Part shown: positions 12,386 to 26,198 of the stretch, piece after piece
Layout of the letters: every line of letters starts with the position of its first letter
Numbering within the stretch: the stretch's first letter is position 1
NCBI RefSeq assembly: GCF_006345805.1
Contig: NC_043016.1
Span: 5,766,001 to 5,830,000 of the forward strand
DNA from: Octopus sinensis
Lineage: Eukaryota
Reading direction: 5' to 3'
Length of the DNA stretch: 64,000 nucleotides
Program-made: the position numbers and the translations under genes
Notes under the pieces: generated by a model
What the model was told of the DNA's origin: nothing
The model's database searches: none
The model's input: the letters and a program-made list of their open reading frames with translations, nothing else

Positions 12386-13234
12386 CACAAAATATAATCA
12401 GTACAATGGATGTGAAGTCAACATCTTTCAGTTTTAGTTTAATAACGCACCTCACTGTATCATTGTGGTTCTACAATAGGTTGAACCCTAGTTTTAGAAA
12501 GAAAACAACACAAATTGATACAATGCTTTACCCCACAATGAATAATCTTAATTTTCCATCAATCACAGAAAATCTCCAATAGTGGAACTTAACAGTTTTG
12601 CCAAGTTTGTGGTGGAATCTGGATGATTGTTGTTTATTTCTAGGTCAGCCATCACCCATGAGGCCTATGATCGAATATGTCCCAACTATAACCAGTCTAT
12701 CCTTTTTTATTGTTTTGTTATAGTCTAGCCCCAGCTCAAATGTGATCCAACAGACTTATGATCAAAGTTGTCCCAGCTATGAGAATCTCATCATACATTT
12801 TTCAGACATGGTGTATCTAGAAGTATGTTATATGATGTGTCCATTTTTAAGTCAGTAGGATGTGTGATCTGATGTAGGTTTTAGCTGTTTGTTCTAGCAG
12901 GTTGAATGATTGCACTGAGACTCCACTGTTGGTATGGTTGTTGCTGTAAGTTTTCTTTCCTATGCCATTCTCTTCTTGAGTTATTCATGTTCTTAGTCAC
13001 TACACTACTGTGCTATCCTGAGAATTGTCCACAAAGAACTTTATCCTGTCTTCCTTATAAAGCAAGCCAAAAATGTTGTAACCCCTCCTTCTTTTCAAGA
13101 ACAAAAAAAAATCCATTAACTTTTTTAGCTAAATGTATTTCTACCAAGCTTCAAGACACAGATATAAACTCTTTAAGATTTGGTTTAAAAAATTTAACTC
13201 TTTTTCTCTTTGACTTAAACATTTGTGAAAGACA

Positions 13235-13460
13235 ATCATCATTTAACGTCCGCTTTCCCTGCTAGCATGGGTTGGACGATTTTGACTGAGGGCTGCCGAA
13301 CCAGATGGTTGCACCAGGCTCCAGTCTTGATTTGGCAGAGTTTCTACAGCTGGATGCCCTTCCTAATGCCAACCACTCTGAGAGTGTAGTGGGTGCTTTT
13401 TACATGCCACCGGCATGGGGGCCAGTCAGGCAGTACTGGCAACGACCTCGCTCAAATCTT
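13235..13460 (-). mobile_element. RTE 3'UTR-only copy
   Basis: Matches 4100-4330; further copies at about 14058-14330, 24020-24520, 31490-31842 (+) and 37733-37983 (+). Confidence 0.85.
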
Positions 13461-15406
13461 ACAGGTGTCAGTAAGGTGACATCAAATGAAACAATTAAGT
13501 GAAGATAATTCTGGTAATTTTGTGGAAACAGACACACTACAGCAATTATTGTCACATGTTACACCAACTTGCAAAACAAAAACAAAATTACAGTCAAGTG
13601 TTAGCGTAAGTGTGCATGTGTGTGTTTATGCATCTAAGCACAAAAACATATTCACTGAATATGTTGAAGAAGTAATCTTAAACCTTATCTTCTGTAGTCT
13701 GGAACAACAAACAGTTAAACACTTTAAATGCCAAGCTACACAATTTCTGACCTTTCATAGGAATCTGAATGGTATAACAAAAATAAAAATATATTTCCAA
13801 GAAGCTACTGACTCTATAAATCTCATGTAGGAAACATGACAGCATACTAGTTCAGCATCATGAATGATACAACTGTTACACAGATAAACATCTTAACCTA
13901 CATCAAAGAGTGACAGACATTTGCACATCAATTCACATGACACTGATGCACTGTCCCCTTACTCTATTTCATCACATCTACAACCATCTCTGCTCTTCTG
14001 AACCAGACACCCACATTCCAGCTTCACCCAAACTGCTTTTCTCTCATCACACCTACTATCATCATCATTTAACGTCCGCTTTCCTTGCTAGCATGGGTTG
14101 GACAATTTGACTGAGGTGTGGCGAACCAGACTCCAATCTGATCTGGCAGAGTTTCTACAGCTGGATGCCCTTCCTAACACCAACCACTCCGAGAGTGTAG
14201 TGGGTGCTTTTATGTGCCACCGGCACGGGGAGCCAGTCAGGCGGTACTGGCAATGGCCACGTCCAAATGGTGCTTTTTACGTGCCACCTGCACAGGAGCC
14301 AGTCCAGCAGCACTGGCAACGACCTCCATCTAATCATGTCCCAGCCAATAAAATAGCCTCTATATGGTCACTCAACCTTAGTGGTGGCTTGTAGATAAAA
14401 TTAGTGGCGGGTACTGCTTCAGAAAATTTTTAGCCATTGTTTAAAAGGAAACAAATATATAAAAAGAAAATTTATACAAAGACTTGATCGGTTCTCGGCC
14501 ACTGTCAGGTGGAGTGTTTAATTTGTTCACTGAACACAACCGTGAACTCACCCTTGTTATTCAAAAGCACCCACTAAATCATGAAATAAGGATGGAAAAA
14601 TCTGCCCTATTTTTCAAATCCTGGCAGCAACAGTGTAGCTGGAAGAAGGATAATAATCTAATTCTACACTTTATCAAATTCAAGAATATAAACATGTCTT
14701 TAAGCACAACACACATGGAGTCAAAAAGAAACACTACCTTTCACCAGCACACCAGGGTTAGCACTGCATGAACCGCTGTGCTCTCTCTCCCTAGCGTGCA
14801 GCTCCCTATCTTGGACATGTGAGCATACACACAATAGCCAAACACCGCATCACTGGAACTGTGAAGTGCACAGTTCTATACAAGGATTTTTTGTATTTTT
14901 TTTTCATAAACTAGGGGATGGCTATTGATGTTAAGCTTAAGGATTATGTAATGTACAAGTATAAAGAAAGAATTAAAGGAAAAAAGGACTCATTATATTG
15001 AATGTTTTCAATAATACTGAATGGAAAAGAAGGGACTGCAGTTCCACAATGCCTATACACAAGCCGCTACTGCTCAACATGCTAAAAACAAGCCAACATG
15101 TCTGCCTCAAATCACTCAACACTTGTCTTCCAAATGGGGAACATTGGGAGAATGGTATGTCTGCAATATTTCTGACCATGGGTTTGCTTGATCAGAGCTG
15201 ACCTGGGATGAAACAATAACAACAAATTTAACCCTTTATAACCCTGCACTAATCACTTTTGCCCAAGCTTTCTCCAAAATATCAACATATTTAGAATTTC
15301 CTGCCCATCCATATATTTGACTTATAGATGTTCAAACAACATATTAGTCATACCAATCACACTATCATCAGATAAGACAATGATCAGTCTGTCCTCTTCA
15401 TTAAAC

Positions 15407-15456
<50 letters not shown>

Positions 15457-16154
15457 ATCACCATTGTTATTTTTACACCCATTTCTGAGCCAGCAAGAAT
15501 GAGACAAGACTTTCTGAGGCAGTGTTTTATAACAGGGTGCCATTCCTGATAGTCCTTTAGTCACACCTTTTATGACAATTAGGGGACACAATATAACCCC
15601 CATCTTCCACCATTCTAATACTCAGGATAAATGGTTGTAAAATACTGAAGTTCAGAGATTTTCAATTTCACAAACAACTGTGATAAACATTTGAAGGCAT
15701 TTTGTAGATTTTGTTTCTTTAGATTCCATTTATCTTGTATGTATTTGCTTTTTAACTTTTAGTAGGGTGGTGATGACTAAATAAATACCAGCAGCATAAG
15801 AGGATACACAGAAAGCAAATATACACCTGACTCAACAATTTCACAAAAAAAAAAAAAAGAAAAAACTAAAAGGATTATCATTTTATTTACTGCTATTATT
15901 AGCAGCACCCTTGTGCAATGAAGGTCAAGGTCTTTGCTAATCCTTACAATGTAAATTCTATAAATCCTATCTCAGAATTAAAAAAAAAAATTCTGACAAA
16001 TTATGAAGAAAATATATCTTACCAAATTAAGCAGTGGAGCGGGGTGGATAAAAATCATTAAAATAGCAAGTTGTATACAGAAATATAGATAGAATTTGAA
16101 TGAAAATTCTTCCTTTATTAACCAAAAGCAAAAACAAATAAAATTAAAAAATCA

Positions 16155-16418
<264 letters not shown>

Positions 16419-16599
16419 TTAATGCATAGATTGGTCCAATAGAAGAAGAAGAACAACAACAACAGGATGATAGGGGGAGTCTTACTATCAATATGGCAGA
16501 GACAAACTAAAAAAAAAACCCTTACTTCCCTAAAAATAGAAATAATCAAAAAAAAAAGAGAAAGAAATGAAACTCTACCAATTTGTACTGTCACATAAA

Positions 16600-16890
16600 C
16601 TAATAATGATAACAATAATAATAATAATAATAATGATGATAACAACAATACTACTACTACTGATGATGATGATGATGATAATGATGACAACGATGATGAC
16701 GATGACGACGATGATGATGATGCCAATAGTGATGATGATGATGACGATGACAATAATGATGACGACGACGATAATGATGACGATGACGACAACGATGATG
16801 ATGATGATGATGATGGCAAGATTACGATGATGACAACGACGATGATGACGACGACAATGATGATGACGACGACGATGATGATGAGGATGA
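16600..16890. repeat. Compound trinucleotide microsatellite (AAT/GAT/GAC)n
   Basis: Directly visible. Confidence 0.95.
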
Positions 16891-18799
16891 TGGGAAAGCT
16901 ATTTTTACAACAGATTTTGTTATTTTGAAAATAATAAAGTAAAAATTAAAAAGAGTGAAAAATGGGTAGATTTACAATCACAAAACTGAAAAGAAATTTA
17001 AAATTACAAAAAAAAAAGCAAATAACAAAACAAAGAAGAAGGAGGCTTTGAGTAGGAATTAATCTGCTTTTTTTTTTTTTTTCTCTCTAAGTTTAGAAAC
17101 AGTTTTACAAAAGAAACTTATCAGGTAACTAACTGCTACTTCTCATATTTAAGACCGCACGAAAACCGATACAAGACGAAAAAAAAACAAAAAAACACTC
17201 ATGCTCACTGCTAGAAAATGCTGAATAATTAAATGCACCCTGATACCTTTTGTTTTTAGTAATTAATACAAATTATGTAAGAATTTTCATTTCAGAAAGA
17301 AAATAATAAAACAAGAAAAGGGCAGAAAGAAAACTGGCAATGTGCTTTTTTTTTTTTTTTTGCTTTTCTCTCTCTCCCCGTTCCCCCACCCCAGAATGTA
17401 AAACTATATCTGGTTGAAATGTAATCCGGTGATGTTATGTTTCAGCTTAAACACAAGTGGAGGCAATTTCCCAGAAATGCATCGTAAATTGAGAGAACGC
17501 TATAAACATAATGAAAAAGACGTTGGAAATGTCTGGAAACTTTCTTTTCATGGGAAATTAAAAGCTAAGAAGTTGTTTTTCCTTTTTCTCCCCTCCATAT
17601 TTAATATGTGATCTGGGATTCATAGAAAATGAGCAAAGACTCTTTATTAATCAAACAGATTAACACTTTAAGAAGCAAAACAAAAAAAAACGCTTCTTTA
17701 TGTAGGCAAACAACAAATTTGTGTTTTATGAGCTAGAAAGATAGAACATCTAAATGTCGCAAAAATTAAACAAATATCAGAAAAATATGAGTGATTTAAT
17801 TACAAATAACTTTTTGTTATTATTAATTTTACAGATAAAGAGCTTTAAACGAGAGAAAAGCCTGCTTTTTTGGTACAATTGTTTCCTCCTAAAATTATTT
17901 TATTTCTTTAAATTGAGTTTAGTATACAATTATTATCAAAACTGTTTAAAGAAACAAATATGATCAAGTTATTAAACACATCACAAGCCATGTGGTTCCA
18001 AGTTCAATCCCACTGTACAATACCTTGGGTAAGTGTTTTTCTAACATAGTCGTTACAATATGTACTTAAAATAAGTTAAAAATAGCAAAATAGCATATGC
18101 CTAAAATTTCTGCATACCAGTGCATGTATACATGCATATACACACACCTCGTGTGTGTGTGTGTGTGTGTGTGTGCATGTGTCCCCCCACCTAAAATGAC
18201 ACTAATGTGAGATGCACAAGCAGCCACTTAAGTCTCTACAATTTTCTTTTATTTTTACTGTCTGTTTCTCTTAATCTGCCTTTCTGATGAAGGTTTTCTG
18301 ATGAAAAAGCATTCAGAGTTTTTCTATTTCTCTCAGCATTAAACTAATACATTTACTCATATTTTTCCTTTCATGCAAATTTTAAGACATTATTTCAATT
18401 TCATCTATATCTACACTTACATACACACATTAATGTTTCTTAAGTTATATTATAAAAACAATTTAACATTAAACTGAAGAATTATTCAATATTTTTCACA
18501 TAGCACATACATAGTAATTATCCTTTTACTAGAAGAGGGGTGACAATGACTTTTAAGTCAAAGTAGTGACATACATGCAAAAATGGGAATAAGTAATACA
18601 TTCTTCTGATAGACATCTGTCTTCCACCAATGATAAAAATTTGTCTTAACATGAAGTGAAATGTATTACACTGGGATGAATATTAAATTTTGTTGTCTAC
18701 AAAGATATATTCATTTTTAATTTAATTTAGATTCCAAATAAGATGACTAGCTTGATGAATTGTCAGAGTAGTTACATTATCTGTTATCTTAAAATTTAA

Positions 18800-19069
18800 T
18801 TCTGTTGTGTCAGGGGAGAGTCATTCTCTTTTGGGGCCTTATATTTTAACACACTCACTGGTAAAAATTTCCGCTTATTTCCTTCTTTATTTTTCTAAAA
18901 TTCTTGTTGTGTCTTGCAACTTTTCCAATGGTTTTGACTATTGAAAAGGTTGCAAGATGCAACAAGAATTTTAGAAAAATAAAAAAGAAATAAGTGGAAA
19001 TTTTACCGTTGAGTGTGTTACATTATAAAGCACTAAAAGAGAATGACTCTCCCCAGACACAACAGAATA
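18800..19069. repeat. About 270-bp imperfect palindrome (foldback element)
   Basis: ttctgttgtgtcaggggagagtcattctc... is the reverse complement of ...gagaatgactctccccagacacaacagaa; centre about 18930-18937. Confidence 0.9.
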
Positions 19070-19231
19070 TGCTTCAACACACAAACTCACATAAAGAATC
19101 TTGCAAACCAAATCCAAAACGAAATTAAAATCTAATATTATACACAAAATAATTTTAAAGACTGAAGAAACAAAACATAACAAAAAAAAATCAACAAGGA
19201 ACAAGAACAAATATAAAACTGGTATTTTTAC

Positions 19232-19334
19232 CTAGCCTGGTTCAGACCATAGCGTATTCCAATACCAACCCTGGGTAGAGCATTTACCACTTTCTTCATG
19301 GTAATGTGGTCGGGGAAAGCAAACATGACAGCAG
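19232..19334 (-). CDS. NBEA: Neurobeachin/LRBA-family internal coding exon
   Basis: ttgtag|CTGCTGTC...CAGGCTAG|gtaaaa; 103 nt, phase 1 to 2; (T)AVMFAFPDHITMKKVVNALPRVGIGIRYGLNQA(R); phase fits both neighbours. Confidence 0.95.
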
Positions 19335-19608
19335 CTACAACAGAAAGAAAGATAATATGGCTTACATATATCAAATTGAAGGATTCAATACTTTGGGAAG
19401 TACTGAGTAGTGTGTGTTATATTCTTGATTAAGTGAGTGGTTTATAGAGATAATTCTCTTAGAATTTGATCAGGATTTCTTCTGTAAAACTCTCTCTCTC
19501 TCTTTCTGTCTCTATATAAGGAGGAAAAAAGAAAATGGAGATTGGGAAGTTACTAATTGTTTTTATTATTAACAACGAATCAATCATCATCCCTTACAGC
19601 TGTTTCAA

Positions 19609-19837
19609 TTAACCCTTTAGTGTTCCGATTATTCTGTCAAATGTGATGTTTGTTTATTTATATTGTTTTGAATTAATCATGCATTATCTTGTAGATTTAG
19701 AGATTTCAGTGATGTGATTTTTTAGTTTTAGAATGACATGGTAGGGCTGAGGTGAGAGGCGAGAGCTGGTCAGTTTCAATATAAAACAGGTTAAATATTT
19801 TGGCCAGATATGGCCGGTTTGAATGCTAAAGGGTTAA
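19609..19837. mobile_element. piggyBac-type MITE (intact)
   Basis: TTAA|CCCTTTAG ... CTAAAGGG|TTAA; related copies end at about 21473 and span about 42912-43476. Confidence 0.9.
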
Positions 19838-20639
19838 TACTCAGTGAATTAATTAAATATTAAATTCATATGCCCTAAGCATAATACCTTCAGAGGGAAA
19901 CAATATACCCTTGGATGTTGCATATGTTTAAATATATACCTGTAATTTTAAGGAAATTAATTCCCAAAAAATATTAGGCACTGAAGCAGTATTCCAGTAT
20001 TTCATTTACCCCACCTCCACTCAATGATACACCACAAAGGACAGAAAAGTCAATACATTCACAGAGCCACAATGGATGCCAGATATTGGTTAAGCATCGT
20101 CATATGGTGCAGTCATGTACTGCATATGAATGAAGACAGTTGCATCAAGAAGTGCTGATCTCTCATTGTAGAGGGAATGTGTAGAAGGGGGAGCCCCAGA
20201 GAGACGTGAGATAGAATCTTCAAATGATGGGCCTAAAAGAGAAGAGTTTGTTTTCTGGAGAAGGACACATCAAACCAAATGAAATCATGGTTGTTCTTGC
20301 ATACAGGCAAGTCCCCTGCATCCCTCTCCAACTGAGAGATCTTAATTTTGTGGGCTCATGGATGCTAGTGCCACATAATGTCACTAATGCCGGTACCACA
20401 TTAAAAGCACCCAGTAGACTCTGTGAGGTGGTTGGCATTAGGAAGGGCACCCAGTTACAGAAACCATATCAAAACAGACATGGAACCTAGACAGCTCTTC
20501 ATATTATCAGTTCCTGTCAAACTAACCAACTCGTGTCAGCATAAAAAACAGATGATAGGTGATAATGATGATACATACAAGAATATATATATTCATTTTG
20601 AATTGATAAAAGGTGGTCTTTTCCTAATTTTTTTTATAT

Positions 20640-20812
20640 AGCCACTACACACATATTTTTTCTCCTGGTTTTTTCTGTGTCCCTTTCTGTAGAAGAGCGT
20701 AGGCTCAAAACGTATAAGACTTTTTCTATTTCTGAGTGTTATACTAATACATCTGTTTGTTTTGTACACCACCTGTCTTCGTCTTTTGTTGTTTTTTTTT
20801 CGTAAACTCTCC
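20640..20812 (+). mobile_element. Short element with a degenerate hammerhead-like motif (family also at about 18235-18385 and 63635-63800)
   Basis: CTTT-CTGTAGA-A-GAGC-GTAG-GCTC-AAAAC-GTA at 20683-20718; flanked by TA runs; the 18285 copy has canonical CTGATGA. Confidence 0.5.
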
Positions 20813-20967
20813 CTATATATATATATAAAAGATGAGATGATTCTCATACCATGTACAATGATTATGTTATTGATAATGATATAATTCTGAAGATTCATGG
20901 AAGATGCTGAAACAACTGCATGATGTGAAATAATGGAAATGTTAATGATGCTGTCTTCTATTCCTAC

Positions 20968-21027
<60 letters not shown>

Positions 21028-21765
21028 CATACATACATACATACATACACACACCACACATACATATACCAACTCATTTGTGAGCATATGCAAACATACA
21101 TTTTTCTATGTATGTGATGGGTTCTCTTGGTTTCTGCTTATCAAATCCCATTACATGGTATTTGTTGGCCTTGGCTGTAGCAGAAGGCACCCAAGATACA
21201 AAACAAATACAGTTGCAAAGAGAACCGTTTAATCATACAAGCATATTAAAACCTATAGTCACATTTAAAGCTTTAGTATTTAAAACCAGCCAAAATAATT
21301 CTACCTCTTTTATGTTCAAATTGACTGGATCTGGATTCCCTACACCAGTTCTACAATGTCGTTCTAAAAATTAGCATCAAAATCTCAAAGCTACAAAATA
21401 ATGCATTAATTCAAAACAATGCAAATAAATAAGTCATGAATTTGACAGAGTAATCTGGATGCTAAAGGGTTAAGCAAACTGCCTTGTAGACATTTTCTAT
21501 ACATCAAACATATGCAATTACAAACCCTAACATCACCAAACATTAAATCTTACAAATTTTAATAATCTCTTAGAGTGAGAACACACATATGCATGCATAC
21601 ATGCATGCACACACATACACAAAGCTTCTTTCAGTTTCTGTCTACCAAATCCACTTACACGCCTTTGGTTGGCCCAGGGCTATAGTAAAAGACACTTGCA
21701 AAAGGTGCAAACTTGCACACCTGGAAATGTGTAGTCAGAAAGCAAACCTCTTACCACACAACCAA

Positions 21766-21800
<35 letters not shown>

Positions 21801-21978
21801 AATAATAAACGGGTAAAATGAATTATTTAATTAATTAATCAATCAATTAATTAATAATTTTACCAAGTAGCTCGGTACGTTAAAATAACCTTTATAGGTA
21901 AAATTTTACAAATATTCTATAATTATAAACATAATTAGGGGTCAGCTAATTGCTTCACCACATAATTGTATATTTATG

Positions 21979-22360
21979 TAGGTGCAAGCATAGTTGTGTG
22001 GTAAGAAACTTGTTTCCCAATCACGTTTCTGGGTTCAGTACCACTGCATGACACCTTGGGCAAAGTGTCTTCTATTATAACCTCAGGCCAACCAGAGCCT
22101 TGTGAGTGGATTTGGTAGATGGAAACTGAAAGAAGCCCATCGTATATATGTATATATATTTATGTGTGTGTGTCTTTGTGTCTGTTTGTCCCCAACACCA
22201 TTGCTTGACAACTGATGCTGGAGTGTTTTTGTCTTTGTAACTTAGCAGTTTGGCAAATAAAACCAATAGAATAAGTACTAGGCTTACAAAGAATAAGTCC
22301 TGGGATTGATTTCTTTAAGCATCGCTGCAGTCAAAAGACTGAAACAAGTAAAAGAATAAA
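21979..22360 (+). mobile_element. SINE family A (older copy)
   Basis: Head-to-tail match to family A; flanked by opposite-orientation partial copies at about 21620-21770 and 22375-22530. Confidence 0.8.
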
Positions 22361-23579
22361 AGAAAAGAATATATCATGAGATTCTATCAGTTTCCATCTA
22401 CCAAATATACTCTCAAGGCTTTGGCCAGCCTGAGACTATAGTAGATGACACTTGTCCAAGTTGACACACAGTGGGACTGAACCTGGAATGGTGTGGTTGG
22501 AAAGCAAACTTTTTACCACACTGCCACACCTAACATGTAATTTGTATGACAAAGAATAAGATTCCTCTTTTGTACTAACAGAAACTCTAACTCATGATCA
22601 GTTATTAAACTCTACCGGCTAACGTAAGACCCACATCTGAGTAGTGGTCACATATGGATTGTACTGCTACAACATGAACAATCTAGACATGCACCCAAAA
22701 AAGTCCATTCATTTGACTGTCAAAGTCAAACTGCTACCACTGGGATATATACAGGCTGTTTACCCTCCCTCCCTAACTCTCCCTCTCTCTCTCTTTCTCT
22801 CCCTCTCTCCCAATGGTAACAACAACAACAACGACATCGTTCTCTTTTTCTCTAAACTCCTTCTGTCTCTCATCCTGCTTCATATATCTCATTCCAGTGA
22901 TTCAAGGTCTGTTCACAAATAAAATTCAAAGCCAAACAAAAAACGCCTTTTATTATCAGAAAATACAAAATTAAAAACAAATAACATCTACGTGTGTGTA
23001 TGCAAATACATACGTATAGACACACACACACACATACATATATAGAAACAAATATATACACACATGTATATATACATGGGTATAAATAAATAAATATGTG
23101 TGTGTGTGTGTGTGTGTATGAGTAAAAAAAATAAATCTAAAAGAACAACAATAATCTACCTTTTTATTTTTAAAAGAAAAAATGTAAAATTCCCAAAGAA
23201 TTTACTTTTGTATTTGTTTCTAGAATAAGAAAAAGCGAACAAAAATCAAACAAAGAACTGATAAAAAAAAAGAGAGGAATGCATGGAAAAAGAAAAAGAC
23301 GAACAGCCGCAAAATACATCGCTGCATGTCTTGTATTTTCTTTCAATATAAATGTTTATGCTGGTAATATGTTACTACAGAAGCTTAATTTCCCTGCATG
23401 TGTGTTGTTACAGACAACAAAATGGTAGGCGTTGTCAATTCTTATGCTCACTATACCTGCATTAAATCTTGGTTGCACCAACCCTTTTTTTTTTTTTCTC
23501 CCTCACTTTCCCCATATTGTGCAAAACTGAGTTACAGTTGCATTTATCCTTATTCTTTCCCCTCGAAAATTGGTCTTAC

Positions 23580-23603
23580 CGAAGGTAAGTAACAACGGTC
23601 TGC
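23580..23603 (-). CDS. Candidate 24-nt alternative microexon of the neurobeachin gene
   Basis: ctctttttttaccag|GCAGACCGTTGTTACTTACCTTCG|gtaaga; branch-like TTGAC about 25 nt upstream; frame-preserving and stop-free in phase 1 (ANR-SRPLLLTFA-AVMF); no expression evidence. Confidence 0.35.
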
Positions 23604-23984
23604 CTGGTAAAAAAAGAGTTCACAATGTCAATGTGAATTTTCATTGTAGCCATTCCTTCGCCATCTGTCCAAATTGATAAGGCGGCAAAGAAAACATTGT
23701 ATGTGACACACATGTGAATGTAACTTCCCACACACACACACACACACATGTATATGCATGTGTACACATCTGTATGTTAGTGACTGTTTCTGTGTTTCTG
23801 TGCATGCAGCAATCATATATATAGAAACACGCATACATACATATATATATATGTATCAAATACATATATAACAATTCATTCAGTAGTTTAATGGAGAGCA
23901 GCTGTGTTCCCAATCTTTTGTAAACCTTCCTACACTACGGAACATGATTATTTGGCAAACACAACCATTATTTATCTCTTTCTT

Positions 23985-24021
<37 letters not shown>

Positions 24022-24537
24022 CATCATCATCATCGTTTAACGTCTGTTTTCCATGCTAGCAAGGATTGGACGATTCGACCGGGGTCTGGGAAGCCAGGAG
24101 CCTGCATCAGGCTCCAGTCTGATCTGGCAGTGTTCTACAGCTGAATGCCCTTCCTAATGCCAACCACTCCATGAGTGTAGTGGGTGCTTTTTACGTGCCA
24201 CCGGCACAGGTGCTAGCTGAGGCTGGCAACGCCATGATTGGTTGATGCTTTTTACATTCCACCAGCACAGAAGCCAGTCAAGGCGGCGCTAGCAATGGCC
24301 ACGTTCGGATGTGCTTTTTACGTGCCACCGGCACAGAGATCATAACTACAATTTCCATTGATTTTTGATGTTGATGTACTTAACTCAATAGGTCTCCCCA
24401 AGCACAGGGTCGAAACAGTGTTTCTTTACTTGCCACCTGTACAGGAGCCAGTCCAGTGGCACTGGCAACTGCCGGGTGCCAGTCATAGGATTGGTTCAAT
24501 TTCGATTCCGGTTTTGAAATTATATTATATATATATA

Positions 24538-24582
<45 letters not shown>

Positions 24583-25039
24583 AACACTCAATATATAAAT
24601 AGAAATATCTCATCACCTCATGTTCTTCCTTTGCATATATACATATATATATGTTACTATCATGTTTTACTGCTCACTTTGTCCTGTGCTAGCATGGGCC
24701 AAATGGAATTTGTTGAGGCTGGTTTTCTATGGATACCCTTCCTGTTGCCAACCCTCACCTGTTTTCAAGCAAGACAATATTTCCCCCATGGCTGGACATA
24801 CTTTGCGCGGAAGGCTTGAAGCAAACAACATCATTAGTACAATAATGTTCTGACATCAATTCAAACCAAGAAACAATTCAAAAGTCAGAACAATATGAAA
24901 ATATACACCCATGGATGCATATTTACAGTCATTGACTAATCAATAACGGTATAACAAAATTTCAGTTCCTGGCTCCTTACTAAGAGTGTTTGCTACGAGG
25001 CACCCTTGAAATTCTTTGTTTTGAACAAACAGCCAACAT

Positions 25040-25250
25040 TTAACCCTTTCATTACCAACACGGCTGAAACCGGCTCTGGCTTGTTTTCATACGTTTTGAA
25101 TTAAAATCTTCCACCAATCTTAGTCACAATTTATATTCTTAACAATAGTTGAATGATAACAAAGTTATTTTACTAAATTCTTTATTATATTTAAAGTAAT
25201 TGGAAGAAACACAGAGCATCTCAACAGAAATACAGTAACGAAAGGGTTAA
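25040..25250. mobile_element. piggyBac-type MITE, second family
   Basis: TTAA|CCCTTTCATTAC ... GTAACGAAAGGG|TTAA; diverged relatives at about 10815-11039 and 25831-26045. Confidence 0.88.
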
Positions 25251-26080
25251 TTACTCAGTGTCTCATTCATGGACCCCGCTGTAATCATGTCAGGACATTC
25301 ATGCCTAGCAGTCCCATATCTACTGACATCTTAAGTGATTGCAGTGCAAATGATCAAAGTATGGAATCAATTCAGCTCAAAGAATTATGCTGAATTATTA
25401 TCAGCACCACTATCATCATCATCATCATCATTGTCATCATCATCATCACTATTTGATGCCCATATTCCATATGGGTACATGTTGGATGGTTTGTCAGGAG
25501 CCAATGAAGAAAAGGACTGCACTAAACTCCAGTGTCTGCTTTAGTTTGGGTCCATGGTTACAGAGTGTACTGGACGCTTTTAGTGTGGCAGTGGCACTAG
25601 TGAAGCCACCAAGACTCTTGCAAGACAAGACACCCTCAACTGAGAGGGAGTGCAGTATTGAAGATGATAGCTTTGTGCTACGTGATGAGAGATTAAAGTA
25701 TGATAGACAGAAAGGAGCAGGTGTCATGTAGAAGGGGTGGTACATGACTACCTCAATTGGAAAAGGGAGATGGTGGTAAAATGTGAAAAACAAAAAAGTT
25801 GATTATAAAAAGAGTAAAAGAAGAAAAAATTCAACCCCTTCGTTATTAATATTTCTGTTGAAAAATACTGTCGTTATTTCAATTAAGTTTGAAAAATAAT
25901 GAAGAGTTTTATAAAATAACTGCCATTATTGAGCAGGTGTTTGAATCATACATAATTATATTGAAAGAAGGTTTTATTTTAACTTAAAGCAGGAATCATA
26001 GATTCAGGGGCAGACTCAGGCAAGTTGGTATCAAAAAGGGGTTAAGTGAGGAAATGAAAACTAAAAGATGTAATTCTTAC

Positions 26081-26198
26081 TTCGATTGGCTGTAAATATT
26101 TCGATGGCAACATTTTGGAGTAGATATCGCCGAGAGAAAACTGCTCTTATTTCTGAGAAATGCCATTTTCCGTGTAAGTGGTCGACATAGGCCAATAC
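26081..26198 (-). CDS. NBEA: Neurobeachin/LRBA-family internal coding exon (PH-like domain)
   Basis: ttgcag|GTATTGGCC...AATCGAA|gtaag; 118 nt; [39 protein letters not shown], matching the NBEA/LRBA PH-BEACH motif [19 protein letters not shown]. Confidence 0.96.

Noticed and set aside
16526-16529. 4-nt microexon GGAA
   Set aside because: Would frameshift the BEACH domain; no support beyond local motifs
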